A stretch of 64,000 bases of DNA from contig VFZY01000005.1 of assembly GCA_016870915.1 (NCBI GenBank), positions 3,706 through 67,705 of the forward strand. The letters run 5' to 3'. A program made the translations under genes and the position numbers. Under the pieces are notes generated by a model, which ran no database searches, had not been told where the DNA came from, and was given only the letters and a program-made list of their open reading frames with translations. The number at the start of each line of letters is the position of its first letter. Position 1 is the first letter of the stretch. Below, piece by piece: positions 1 through 8,169 of the stretch. Origin of the DNA: Acidobacteriota bacterium (GTDB lineage: Bacteria; Acidobacteriota; Terriglobia; Bryobacterales; Bryobacteraceae).

Positions 1-48
1 CCGGAACGTGTGCTGAAGGCGCTCTATGGTGAAAGGAGCTTGGCGTAA
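1..48 (+). CDS. 3' end of an upstream CDS, possibly another subunit of the same molybdopterin-dehydrogenase operon
   Basis: An open frame runs from the window edge to TAA at 46-48. The stop overlaps the next start (TAATG), which suggests translational coupling. It is too short to assign a family. Confidence 0.3.
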   Translation, partial: PERVLKALYGERSLA

Positions 49-1025
49 TGCAGGGTTTTGAATACGCAAATCCGGCGACTCTGAAGGAGGCCACGGCGCT
101 GCTCGGCAACGGGTGGGGCGACGCGGCCGTGCTGGCCGGGGGCACCGATCTCCTGACGCTGATGAAGGAATACCTGATGTCGCCCAAACGCGTGGTGAAC
201 ATCAAGGGCATCAAGGAACTGGGCGGCATCTCGAAGTCGGGCGCGGGGCTGCGAATCGGGGCCACGGTGACGGTGGATGAGTTGATGTCGAACGCGGCGG
301 TGCGGGCGGAGTATCCTTCGCTGGTGCAGGCCGGGCGTGGCATCACCTCGCCGCAGATCCGTAACATGGGCACCGTGGGCGGCGATCTGTGCCAGCGGCC
401 TCGCTGCTGGTACTTCCGCAACGGCTTCGGTCTGCTTGGCGTGAAGGACGGCAAGAGCCTGGTCCGTGAGGGCGAGAACAAGTATCACGCCATTTTCACC
501 GGCCAGCCGGCTCTGTTCGTCAGCGCTTCCAGTTTCGGGCCGGCGCTGGTGGCGCTGGGCGCGAAAGTGAAACTGGCGTCCGCTTCGGGTACTCGCGAAG
601 TGGATGCGGCGAAGTTCTTCGTCGCTCCGCAGAACGAAGGCGCCCGCGAAATCGCCCTGCTGCCGAACGAAATCCTCACGGAGATCGTGATTCCGGCCGC
701 GCGCGGTGCGAAGAACGCCACCTACGAAGTACGCCATAAGGACGCGCTCGATTGGCCGCTTGCCGCGGCTTCCGTGTCGCTTTCGATGAAGGGCGCCACG
801 GTGGCAAGTGCCCGTGTGGTTCTGGGGCACGTCGCTCCCACGCCGCATGCGGCAGCGGCTGCTGAAAGCCTGCTGGCCGGCAAGACCATCACTGAGGCTG
901 TGGCCGATGAGGCCGGCAAAGCCGCTGTGGCGGACGCCAAGCCGCTGAGCGGGAACGCCTACAAGGTCCAGTTGGCGCGCGTTGCGGTGAAGCGTGCCTT
1001 GCTCGCCGCGGCGGGCAAAGCGTAG
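48..1025 (+). CDS. FAD-binding subunit of a xanthine dehydrogenase / aldehyde oxidoreductase family enzyme (CoxM/PaoB/YagS-like)
   Basis: 325-aa ORF. The N-terminus (YANPATLKEA..AVLAGGTDLL..MK) is typical of the FAD_binding_5 / CO-dehydrogenase flavoprotein fold. Amino-acid composition is protein-like, unlike the antisense 413-aa ORF. Confidence 0.85.
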   Translation: MQGFEYANPATLKEATALLGNGWGDAAVLAGGTDLLTLMKEYLMSPKRVVNIKGIKELGGISKSGAGLRIGATVTVDELMSNAAVRAEYPSLVQAGRGITSPQIRNMGTVGGDLCQRPRCWYFRNGFGLLGVKDGKSLVREGENKYHAIFTGQPALFVSASSFGPALVALGAKVKLASASGTREVDAAKFFVAPQNEGAREIALLPNEILTEIVIPAARGAKNATYEVRHKDALDWPLAAASVSLSMKGATVASARVVLGHVAPTPHAAAAAESLLAGKTITEAVADEAGKAAVADAKPLSGNAYKVQLARVAVKRALLAAAGKA

Positions 1026-1040
1026 CCCGGCGGGTTCAAC

Positions 1041-1262
1041 GTGGAACGCGCGGGTATTGCCCGGATCGACCAGGACGACGACCGCTGTTCGCACCTGCGT
1101 TGGAAGGGTATGTATATCGAAGCCGAGTGGGACCCCACGGTCCCACACGGCAATGACCGTCTGTTCTGGTGCCATCACACCCAGACCTGTCTTGGACCGG
1201 ACGGGAAACTGGCCGATGAGTACGAGTGCAATGACGTGAGGAAGTGCTACCACGCCCTGTGA
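1041..1262 (+). CDS. small Cys/His/Trp-rich hypothetical protein (73 aa)
   Basis: GTG-initiated ORF 16 nt after the FAD-subunit stop. It has a diverse, non-low-complexity composition with 5 Cys, several His and Trp, and mostly G/C third positions. The start codon is uncertain and no family was recognised with certainty. Confidence 0.45.
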   Translation: MERAGIARIDQDDDRCSHLRWKGMYIEAEWDPTVPHGNDRLFWCHHTQTCLGPDGKLADEYECNDVRKCYHAL

Positions 1263-1336
1263 CACGGCGTCCCAGGGTATAGAATGGCAGTAGAGCCTGG
1301 AATGGGCCTAAGGTACCTGAGAAGAAGGAAACGAAG

Positions 1337-2011
1337 ATGAAGACTTTAACGACATTCGCCGTTGCTTCCGGTCTGGCGCTGGCTGGCAGCCTGCCCAGAA
1401 CCGAAATTCGTGGCAGCTACGTGGAAGCCCGCACCGCCGATATCTACACCGGGCCCTGCTTCGCCAACTCGGAAGTGGAATTGACGGGCCACGAGGCCGT
1501 CTTTGGCTGGCGCATCGATAAGGGATCGTTCCAGGGCGTGAAACTGGATGGTCTCAGCGTTGTGGCGGTGGTGAAAGCCAACGCGACACTGGGCGATGTG
1601 CACAACTCCGCTTATCCGGCCAAAAGCGTTCTCATCGTGGATGAGAAGGCCAATGCTGAACAGCGTCTGGCGCTCAAGGGCTTTGCCCAGCGCATGGGCG
1701 GTGACCTGCTGGCCAAGGTGGTGCGTGTGGAGTTCCAACCCATCGAGTTTTCGGTGAAGAACGACGACGTGCACAGCGCTTCCGCGAAGGTGGTGGCCGG
1801 CAATCTGGCCCAACTGGCCACGCGGCCCATCTCCGACAAGGACCATATCTGCTCAAACGAAGAGATCTGGTACTCGCCGCTCACCAAGACCGATCACGCG
1901 ATGCCGGCCTACGCCCTCGCCCACAAGTACGCGGGTGAAGGTCTGGGCACCGTCTGGTCCAGCCCGGAAAAGCGCAGCGCGTTCGTGGCGAACTTCAGCC
2001 TGAGCGAATAA
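1337..2011 (+). CDS. secreted hypothetical protein, DUF1326-like
   Basis: 224 aa with an N-terminal signal-like segment (MKTLTTFAVASGLALAG) and a GAAGGAAACGAAG SD region upstream of the ATG. The internal pattern G.YVE...GV.LDGLS...IVDE.A...QR resembles DUF1326 proteins as I recall them. Confidence 0.7.
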   Translation: MKTLTTFAVASGLALAGSLPRTEIRGSYVEARTADIYTGPCFANSEVELTGHEAVFGWRIDKGSFQGVKLDGLSVVAVVKANATLGDVHNSAYPAKSVLIVDEKANAEQRLALKGFAQRMGGDLLAKVVRVEFQPIEFSVKNDDVHSASAKVVAGNLAQLATRPISDKDHICSNEEIWYSPLTKTDHAMPAYALAHKYAGEGLGTVWSSPEKRSAFVANFSLSE

Positions 2012-2034
2012 GCGTTCCCTGATTTACCAAAAGG

Positions 2035-2075
2035 AAACGCCGCCCCTTTCCCAGGGGCGGCGTTTTGACTTTTCG
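2035..2075. terminator. bidirectional rho-independent terminator between convergent genes
   Basis: A perfect 11-bp GC-rich stem ACGCCGCCCCT (2037-2047) pairs with AGGGGCGGCGT (2053-2063) around a 5-nt loop. It is followed by TTTTGACTTTT on the plus strand and by a T-rich run on the minus strand. Confidence 0.65.
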
Positions 2076-2086
2076 GATCTCTGCGG

Positions 2087-3439
2087 CTACCGCCCTTCGA
2101 GAATAAACGTAGGGGCGATTCCGCTGGTGCTTGAGAAGTTGCCGGCGGCCGGCGTCAGCCACGTGGAACAGCCGTGGATCTTCCCCAGGAACGCATGCGG
2201 ATGGACGCCGATCTGCATGTCGCGCATGTCCACGCGGCCCCAGTTGTAGACGGGGAACGAGGATGCCACTTGGTCCACCTTTTCCTGAACAACATAGGGA
2301 TTGCGGCTTGCCATGCGCAGCGCGCGTTCCCACGCACTCGCGTCGGTTTCCCAGCCCCGCACCGGGTGCTGATCGGAGGAGTCGTCGTTCGGCTTCAGAA
2401 CCAGCCGTTCGCGGTTGCGAAGGATGAACTCGGGCAGGTCCACCACCTCATCCTTATAGGTGGTCTTGGCCGCGCCAACCCGGCGAGTCCACGGGATGTA
2501 CTCGCGGATGACCTTCTTTTCCACCGCCGGGAAACCCGCCGTGATGGTCTCATCGGTCAACAGGTCGAACAGTGCTTTCTTCTGCGCGATCTCAGACCGG
2601 AAACTGTTCACCACGCACGCCTTGCCTTCCCGATAGGCCCGGACCAGCGGGTGGTTCAGATCGAACCGGACCAGAAACTCCTGCGCCTTCACCTTGCGGT
2701 ACACCAGGTCGATCCGGTAGTCGCCCCGGCGCAGCACGCCCGCGCGATAGTCAAGCTGATCCGGCGACACAATCTCCGTCGGATATCCCTGGCGGCGGAA
2801 CTGATCGGCCAGCAGTTCGAACTCGCCCGATTCGGCGGTCCGGAACGGCTGCTTGAATTCGAGAATGGCGATACTCGGGTGCTTGGGGCCGCCAAAAGCT
2901 TTGTACGCCTTCAGCAGCGAGTCCAGCAGGTACTTCGACCCGCCGATCTTCGTCACCTTGGCCTTTTTCCGGAACTCCTTCATCGGCGGCGCTTCGTGGA
3001 ACAGGTCCGCCAGAGCCTCACTGTAAACCACCCCCGTGGGAGCGTCGGGGTTGTACTCCAGAACGTGCATGTGGCCGTTCTGAATGCTGGTATCGAGCAA
3101 GGACGTCACAGCCCCAGCCGGGTACCCCGGGTCAATCATGGCAAGCATCTTCTCGCCCGGCAGCAACTCCATGCGGTTCAGCAGTGTCTGGTTCCCCAGG
3201 GCCAGGGTCTTCACTCGCTCAATGGCCGAAAGCAGCGTCTCCGCCACCTTCACCATCGTGTCATGCTGTTTCCGGCTGATGAAATGCGGCCGCAGAAACG
3301 GACACACCGGCTTGCCCCCCACCGCCAGGTGGAGGCCCTGCATGCGCTGGTTTAAAGCTTCTGCCCAAGCCAGATCGCGATACGGCTCGGATTCCAGAAT
3401 CTTGTGGTAGCGACTGATGGATTTGCCCAACTGAGCCAT
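2087..3439 (-). CDS. ATP-grasp superfamily protein (circularly permuted type 2 / glutathionylspermidine-synthase-like)
   Basis: Long ORF. The C-terminal half (LVLKPNDDSS...YVVQEKV...GVHPHAF...TWLT...G.APTFILE) resembles CP_ATPgrasp_2-type proteins. I chose the ATG at 3439, but the GTG at 3475 is an alternative start. Confidence 0.75.
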   Translation of the reverse strand: MAQLGKSISRYHKILESEPYRDLAWAEALNQRMQGLHLAVGGKPVCPFLRPHFISRKQHDTMVKVAETLLSAIERVKTLALGNQTLLNRMELLPGEKMLAMIDPGYPAGAVTSLLDTSIQNGHMHVLEYNPDAPTGVVYSEALADLFHEAPPMKEFRKKAKVTKIGGSKYLLDSLLKAYKAFGGPKHPSIAILEFKQPFRTAESGEFELLADQFRRQGYPTEIVSPDQLDYRAGVLRRGDYRIDLVYRKVKAQEFLVRFDLNHPLVRAYREGKACVVNSFRSEIAQKKALFDLLTDETITAGFPAVEKKVIREYIPWTRRVGAAKTTYKDEVVDLPEFILRNRERLVLKPNDDSSDQHPVRGWETDASAWERALRMASRNPYVVQEKVDQVASSFPVYNWGRVDMRDMQIGVHPHAFLGKIHGCSTWLTPAAGNFSSTSGIAPTFILEGR

Positions 3440-3610
3440 GGCTGAATAAGATGTTCCTACCCTAAAGTATCTCACAGTACCGCCGATAAGGGAAGTCCCG
3501 CGGTGCGTGAGACCTCTGTTAACTCTTTCTTTATCAACACATTACGGCTATCATTTTTTTCGACGAACCCCTTGCTGGCCCCCCCTTGCCGGCGTGTCAG
3601 AATTGATAGC

Positions 3611-5668
3611 ATGGCGAGAATTTTGTTCGCGGTGGCGGTCCTGGTCCTCCCTGGTGCGGCGCTCCGGGCAGACGAGGGGATGTGGCTGGTGAACGGCTTT
3701 CCCCGGGCGGCTGTCAAGGCCAAGTACGGATTTGACGTCTCCGGCGAGTTCCTGGATAAGATCCGCCTGGCGTCGGTCCGGTTCAATTCCGGCGGCTCGG
3801 GTTCGTTTCTTTCGCCCCAGGGCCTGCTCTTCACCAACCACCACGTTGGGGCGGATTGCATTCAGAAGCTCTCCACGCCCGAAAACGACTATATGGCCCG
3901 CGGATTTCACGCCCGCCGGCGCGACGAAGAGAAACGGTGTCCTGATCTGGAAGTGAACGTTCTGCTGGCCGTTACCAGCGTGACGGAGAAGGTCAACGAA
4001 GGGATCTCCGCCGCCACTCCCGCCGCCCAGGCCAACCAGAAGCGCAAGGCCAACATGTCCCGCCTCGAGCAGGAGTGCGCCTCCCGCACCGGCCGCCGCT
4101 GCGATGCCGTCAGCCTGTTCGCCGGCGGCCAGTATCATCTCTACGAATACAAAAAGTACACCGATGTCCGGCTTGTCTTCGCCCCAGAGTCCTCGGTCGC
4201 GGCCTTTGGCGGCGACCCGGACAACTTCACCTACCCACGCTATTGCCTCGATTTCGCCCTTTTCCGGGCCTACGAGAACGGCGCGCCCGTGAAGCCGGAC
4301 CACTACTTCCCCTGGAGCCGCCGGGGTGTGCGAGAGGGCGACCTCACCTTCGTGCCGGGCAATCCCGGCACCACCGGCCGGCTCGCCACCGTGGCCGAGT
4401 GGACCTACCTGCGCGAAGTGAGCTACCCGCTGACCATCCAGGCTCTCAAGGAGTATGAGCGGGCCATTCTGGGCCACATGGCGGGCGGCGGCGAGCGCGC
4501 CCGTCAGGGCGGAGAACTGTTGCAGGACGTTCAAAACAGCCTGAAGGCTTACACCGGATTTCTGGCCGGCCTCCGGGACCCGAAGCTCCAGGCCGTAAAG
4601 AACGAGGAGGAACGGCGCTTGCGTGCCGCCGTGAACGATGACCCGCGCAAGCGGCTTGAATTCGGCGCCGTTTGGGACGAAATCGCGGCCGCCTACGCCG
4701 AGTACACTCCCTTCGCCGCGCGCTACACCCTGTTTGAACCCTACGCCTTGCGGGCGAGTTCGATGCTCACTCTGGCCCGCAAGATTCTCCGGTACGCCGA
4801 GGAGCGTGCCAAGCCCGATGGGCAGCGCCTGCGCGAGTATTCCCAGGCGGGCCTACCCTCACTGGAACAGGCGCTCTATTCGGACGCGCCGCTCTATCCG
4901 GAGCTTGAGACGGCCGTCCTCGGCGCCTTCTTCCGCCTGCTGGTGGACCGTCTGGGCGCCGCGGACCCCGAGGTCCGCGCGGTCCTCCAGGGCCGCACGC
5001 CCGAGCAGGCCGCGGATGCCTACGTGCGCGGCACCCGCCTGGCCGATGTGGGCGAACGCAAGCGCCTGGCCGCTTCGGCCCGGGACGCGCGCAACGCCAC
5101 CGACACCATGATGGAACTGGCCCGGCTGCTCGACGGGCCCGCCCGAAAATACCGCGCCATCTACGAGGACAAGTTGCAGGCCGTGATGGTCCGCAGTGCG
5201 TCGAAGGTGGCTCAGGCCCGCTTCGCCATTCGCGGCGACGAGGACTATCCCGACGCCACCTTCACGTTCCGCATCGCCTTCGGCCCGGTGCGCGGATACA
5301 CGGACGAGGCGGGCCGTGCCGTGCCGTATGCCACCGTGATCGGCGGCCTGTTCCGGCGCGCCACCGGGAAGGATCCGTTTGCTCTGCCGCCCTCCTGGCT
5401 TTCGGCCCGTTCCCGTCTGAACCACCGTACACCCTACAACTTCGTTACGACCAACGACACCCACGGGGGCAACTCCGGCAGCCCCACGCTGAACACACGC
5501 GGGGAGATCGTCGGAATTCTGTTCGACGGCAACCTGGAGGGCCTTCCGAACCGGTTCGTCTACACCGACAGCCGCGCCCGCAGCGTCCACGTGTCAAGCG
5601 AGGGAATCGCCGAGGCTCTCCGCAAGGTCTACCGGGCACGCGAAATTCTGGCGGAACTGGGGCTTTAG
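3611..5668 (+). CDS. S46-family serine dipeptidyl-peptidase (DPP7/DPP11-like), secreted
   Basis: It has a signal peptide (MARILFAVAVLVLPGAALRA) followed by DEGMW. The catalytic-type motifs LFTNHHV and GGNSGSPTLN..GEIVGILFDGN are typical of peptidase S46. Confidence 0.85.
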   Translation: MARILFAVAVLVLPGAALRADEGMWLVNGFPRAAVKAKYGFDVSGEFLDKIRLASVRFNSGGSGSFLSPQGLLFTNHHVGADCIQKLSTPENDYMARGFHARRRDEEKRCPDLEVNVLLAVTSVTEKVNEGISAATPAAQANQKRKANMSRLEQECASRTGRRCDAVSLFAGGQYHLYEYKKYTDVRLVFAPESSVAAFGGDPDNFTYPRYCLDFALFRAYENGAPVKPDHYFPWSRRGVREGDLTFVPGNPGTTGRLATVAEWTYLREVSYPLTIQALKEYERAILGHMAGGGERARQGGELLQDVQNSLKAYTGFLAGLRDPKLQAVKNEEERRLRAAVNDDPRKRLEFGAVWDEIAAAYAEYTPFAARYTLFEPYALRASSMLTLARKILRYAEERAKPDGQRLREYSQAGLPSLEQALYSDAPLYPELETAVLGAFFRLLVDRLGAADPEVRAVLQGRTPEQAADAYVRGTRLADVGERKRLAASARDARNATDTMMELARLLDGPARKYRAIYEDKLQAVMVRSASKVAQARFAIRGDEDYPDATFTFRIAFGPVRGYTDEAGRAVPYATVIGGLFRRATGKDPFALPPSWLSARSRLNHRTPYNFVTTNDTHGGNSGSPTLNTRGEIVGILFDGNLEGLPNRFVYTDSRARSVHVSSEGIAEALRKVYRAREILAELGL

Positions 5669-5770
5669 CTCCCGCTCCCGCTCGGGCGTTTCCCTGAACC
5701 AGATCGGGACCTCCGGGCTATTGGCGCGCCAGTCTCTGCCTGCTGAAATGAGGGCAAGGAGTGTCCCGCA

Positions 5771-6994
5771 ATGAATTCGGATCGTGTTCTTCTCATCAGC
5801 CCCAGCGAGGATGTGCTGGCCACCGTGCAGGAATCGCTTGAGCGGGTGAATGCGTTCCTCACGGTGCGAAAGCTGCGGTATTACCCGCAGGATGACGAAC
5901 TCGGCTTGGTTCTCCGCGCCCAGGGCCCGGCCATCGTGTTTCTGGACGCGGAAGACATCGGCGATGCGCTGCGTGTACACGCCGAGATTCAGCGCTATTC
6001 GACCTCCGCGCAGGTGGTGGCCGTCACCGGCTCAATGAGCCCCGAGATTTTCCTCGCGCTGATGCGGGTGGGCGTGCGGGAGTGCCTGCCGCTTCCCGTC
6101 GAAGACGAACGCCTGAACGAGTCCCTGCTGCGTCTGGCCGAAGTGCTGGAGGGCGTAAGCCCTACCGAACACGCCTTCGGCAAGGTCTACTCGTTTCTTC
6201 CGTCCAAGCCAGGCTCCGGGGCCACCACAATCTGTCTCAACACGGCGCGCGCGCTGGCGGAGGCCCATGGGTCGCGCGTCGCCATCATCGAACTGGACAT
6301 GACCTGCGGTGTGATTCCGTTCCTTCTCAAGCTGAGCAGCGGCCTGACCATCTGCGACGCCTCCGAGTACGCCGGCCGTATGGATGAAACCCTGTGGCAG
6401 CGCATGATCACCCGGAGCGGGAAACTCGATGTCCTTCGCGCCGGGTTCCCCCGTCCGGAATTCCGCCTGGACCCCGCCCAGGTGCAGCAGATGATTGGCT
6501 ACGCTCAGCGCAACTATCCAGCCGTCTGCATCGACCTGTCCGGGAACATGGAGCGCTTCTCCGTGGAGGCCATGCGATCCTCATCCAGCATTTTCCTGGT
6601 CTGCACCAACGAGATCGCCTCTCTGCACCTGGCCAAACGCCACATGGAACTCCTGCAAGCGGCGGAACTTCAGGACCGCGTCCAGGTGATCATGAACCGC
6701 GCGGGCCGCAAGGACGCGCTGGGCCCACAAGCCGTGCGCGACGTGCTCAAGGTGACCCAAATCGAGACCTTCGTCAACGACTATTCGGCCGTCCAGAATG
6801 CCATCCGGGACGGTGTGCCCCTGCCCGCCGATGGACGCCTGGGCTCGGAGTTTCGCGATCTTGCCCGGCGCCTGGCCGGCAAGAAGCCCAAGGGTCCAAC
6901 GGCCACAAGCGACGGCTCCGGCGGCAAGTCTGGCGTGTTGAGCTTGCCCGGACTCAAGTCGGCAGTTTCGAACCTGCTCTCCAAAGCAAGCTGA
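5771..6994 (+). CDS. TadZ/CpaE-like protein: receiver-like N-domain plus a MinD/ParA-fold domain with a lysine-less P-loop
   Basis: 407 aa. The N-terminal ~120 aa are receiver-like (VLLISPS...IVFLDAED...VVAVTG). The MinD/ParA-like core then starts at FLPSKPGSGATTICLN. An AAGGAG SD lies ~12 nt upstream of the ATG. Confidence 0.75.
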   Translation: MNSDRVLLISPSEDVLATVQESLERVNAFLTVRKLRYYPQDDELGLVLRAQGPAIVFLDAEDIGDALRVHAEIQRYSTSAQVVAVTGSMSPEIFLALMRVGVRECLPLPVEDERLNESLLRLAEVLEGVSPTEHAFGKVYSFLPSKPGSGATTICLNTARALAEAHGSRVAIIELDMTCGVIPFLLKLSSGLTICDASEYAGRMDETLWQRMITRSGKLDVLRAGFPRPEFRLDPAQVQQMIGYAQRNYPAVCIDLSGNMERFSVEAMRSSSSIFLVCTNEIASLHLAKRHMELLQAAELQDRVQVIMNRAGRKDALGPQAVRDVLKVTQIETFVNDYSAVQNAIRDGVPLPADGRLGSEFRDLARRLAGKKPKGPTATSDGSGGKSGVLSLPGLKSAVSNLLSKAS

Positions 6995-7000
6995 CCGAAA

Positions 7001-7339
7001 CTACTCCACTTTCTGCTCAGCGGCTGACTTGGACAGGCTCCTGATCAGTTCTCCCGTCAGCTTAGGGTTGGCCGGACGCGCGGGCAATTCAGGCTGCTCT
7101 TTCGGAGGCCGGGGCCACGGCCACGGCAGCAGGAAGAAGCCATCAGGCTCGCCCGCCAAGCCAAGTTGCGTCCGCACGGACTGAATCTGGGCGGCGAGCG
7201 ACGCCTCAAACTGGGCTTGGGACTCGGCCGAGGGACGTGGTTGGCCCGCGGGCGCCTGAGCAGGCGGCGTCTGGCCGGGTGGCGTCTGGCCGGGTGGCAC
7301 CTGGAAAAGCAGCAGCGCCGCCACGAACCGCATCATCAC
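7001..7339 (-). CDS. small Pro/Gln-rich putative exported protein, last gene of the chemosensory operon
   Basis: 112 aa with a hydrophobic N-terminus (MMMRFVAALLLF) and PPGQT repeats. Its start overlaps the stop of the upstream CheW-like gene by 4 nt. Confidence 0.5.
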   Translation of the reverse strand: MMMRFVAALLLFQVPPGQTPPGQTPPAQAPAGQPRPSAESQAQFEASLAAQIQSVRTQLGLAGEPDGFFLLPWPWPRPPKEQPELPARPANPKLTGELIRSLSKSAAEQKVE

Positions 7340-8169
7340 TCCGCCGCACGGTTAAGGGCGCTCAGATTGGGCAGCACCAGAGTATCGCCAGCCACCCGGA
7401 AAGCGGCATGCAGGTGCGCCGGATGGAAGCCCGAAGGCGGTGGACACGGGACCGGCTCCACGGGAAATGGAAGCCGCTGCGTGCTGACATCGCCCGGCGT
7501 GGCCAGAGCGGCCAAACCTCCCGACGGGTCCCGCACGATGAGAAGCCGGGCGTCGGGTTCGTTCCGCGCGTCGCCAAGCCGGAAGACCGGTACTGCATGA
7601 CCGCGCCAGAGAACCACACCCGCCACCGGCTCCGGAGCCCGTGGCGTCGCGGCGACAGGCGTCGGCCCCAAGACCTCAAGAAGTTGGCGGAAGCTCACGC
7701 CGCCAAGGGTTCCCGGGCCGATGGGGAACAGCGCGATACGGCGGCCCGCGGCGGCAGCCGGCTCCGGCCGGCGCCCGGACTGTGCCCTGCGGACCGGCAA
7801 CGGCGGCGGCGATGGGTTTCGCAAACGGGCCACATCAAGGCAAGGAATGGCCCGGCCCTCGAACGGAACAATCGCCTGATAGATCGCGTCGTTGGCATTC
7901 AAGATGGGCGGCGGCGCCAACACAGACTCCGCCGGCAGCGTGACCATCCTGCCCGGCCGCCCCGCCGCCAGAAACCAGCCATCCATCGCGATGAGCGGCC
8001 CCCGCTGCGCTGCCGCAGCCAACCCCAGCCGCACCGCGAGCGGAACCGCCTCCAGAGCCTGGGCGGGGGTGCGCAGAATGCCGGTAACCCCAGCCATATC
8101 AAGGCAAAATGAATGCCCGGCGCATTCGAGCAGTAGAATGCGGACCCGATTTTGGCGGTCCTGGTTCAA
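7336..8169 (-). CDS. protein with two divergent CheW-like domains (ChpC-position coupling protein)
   Basis: 277 aa. Two segments follow the CheW-domain pattern (RILLLECAGHSFCLDMAGV...PCLDVARL and RIALFPIG...VLWRGHAVPVFRLGD...LLIV...LVLPNLSAL). There are 4-nt overlaps with both neighbours. Confidence 0.7.
   Translation of the reverse strand: MNQDRQNRVRILLLECAGHSFCLDMAGVTGILRTPAQALEAVPLAVRLGLAAAAQRGPLIAMDGWFLAAGRPGRMVTLPAESVLAPPPILNANDAIYQAIVPFEGRAIPCLDVARLRNPSPPPLPVRRAQSGRRPEPAAAAGRRIALFPIGPGTLGGVSFRQLLEVLGPTPVAATPRAPEPVAGVVLWRGHAVPVFRLGDARNEPDARLLIVRDPSGGLAALATPGDVSTQRLPFPVEPVPCPPPSGFHPAHLHAAFRVAGDTLVLPNLSALNRAAE

Noticed and set aside
24-1265. 413-aa minus-strand ORF covering the whole FAD-subunit gene
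   Set aside because: It is antisense to a recognisable FAD-binding subunit. Its Arg/Gly/His/Pro-rich, low-complexity composition is typical of spurious antisense frames in high-GC DNA, and it has no family resemblance.
2174-3355. 393-aa plus-strand ORF
   Set aside because: It is antisense to the ATP-grasp gene and has an Arg/His/Leu/Gln-rich artefactual composition.
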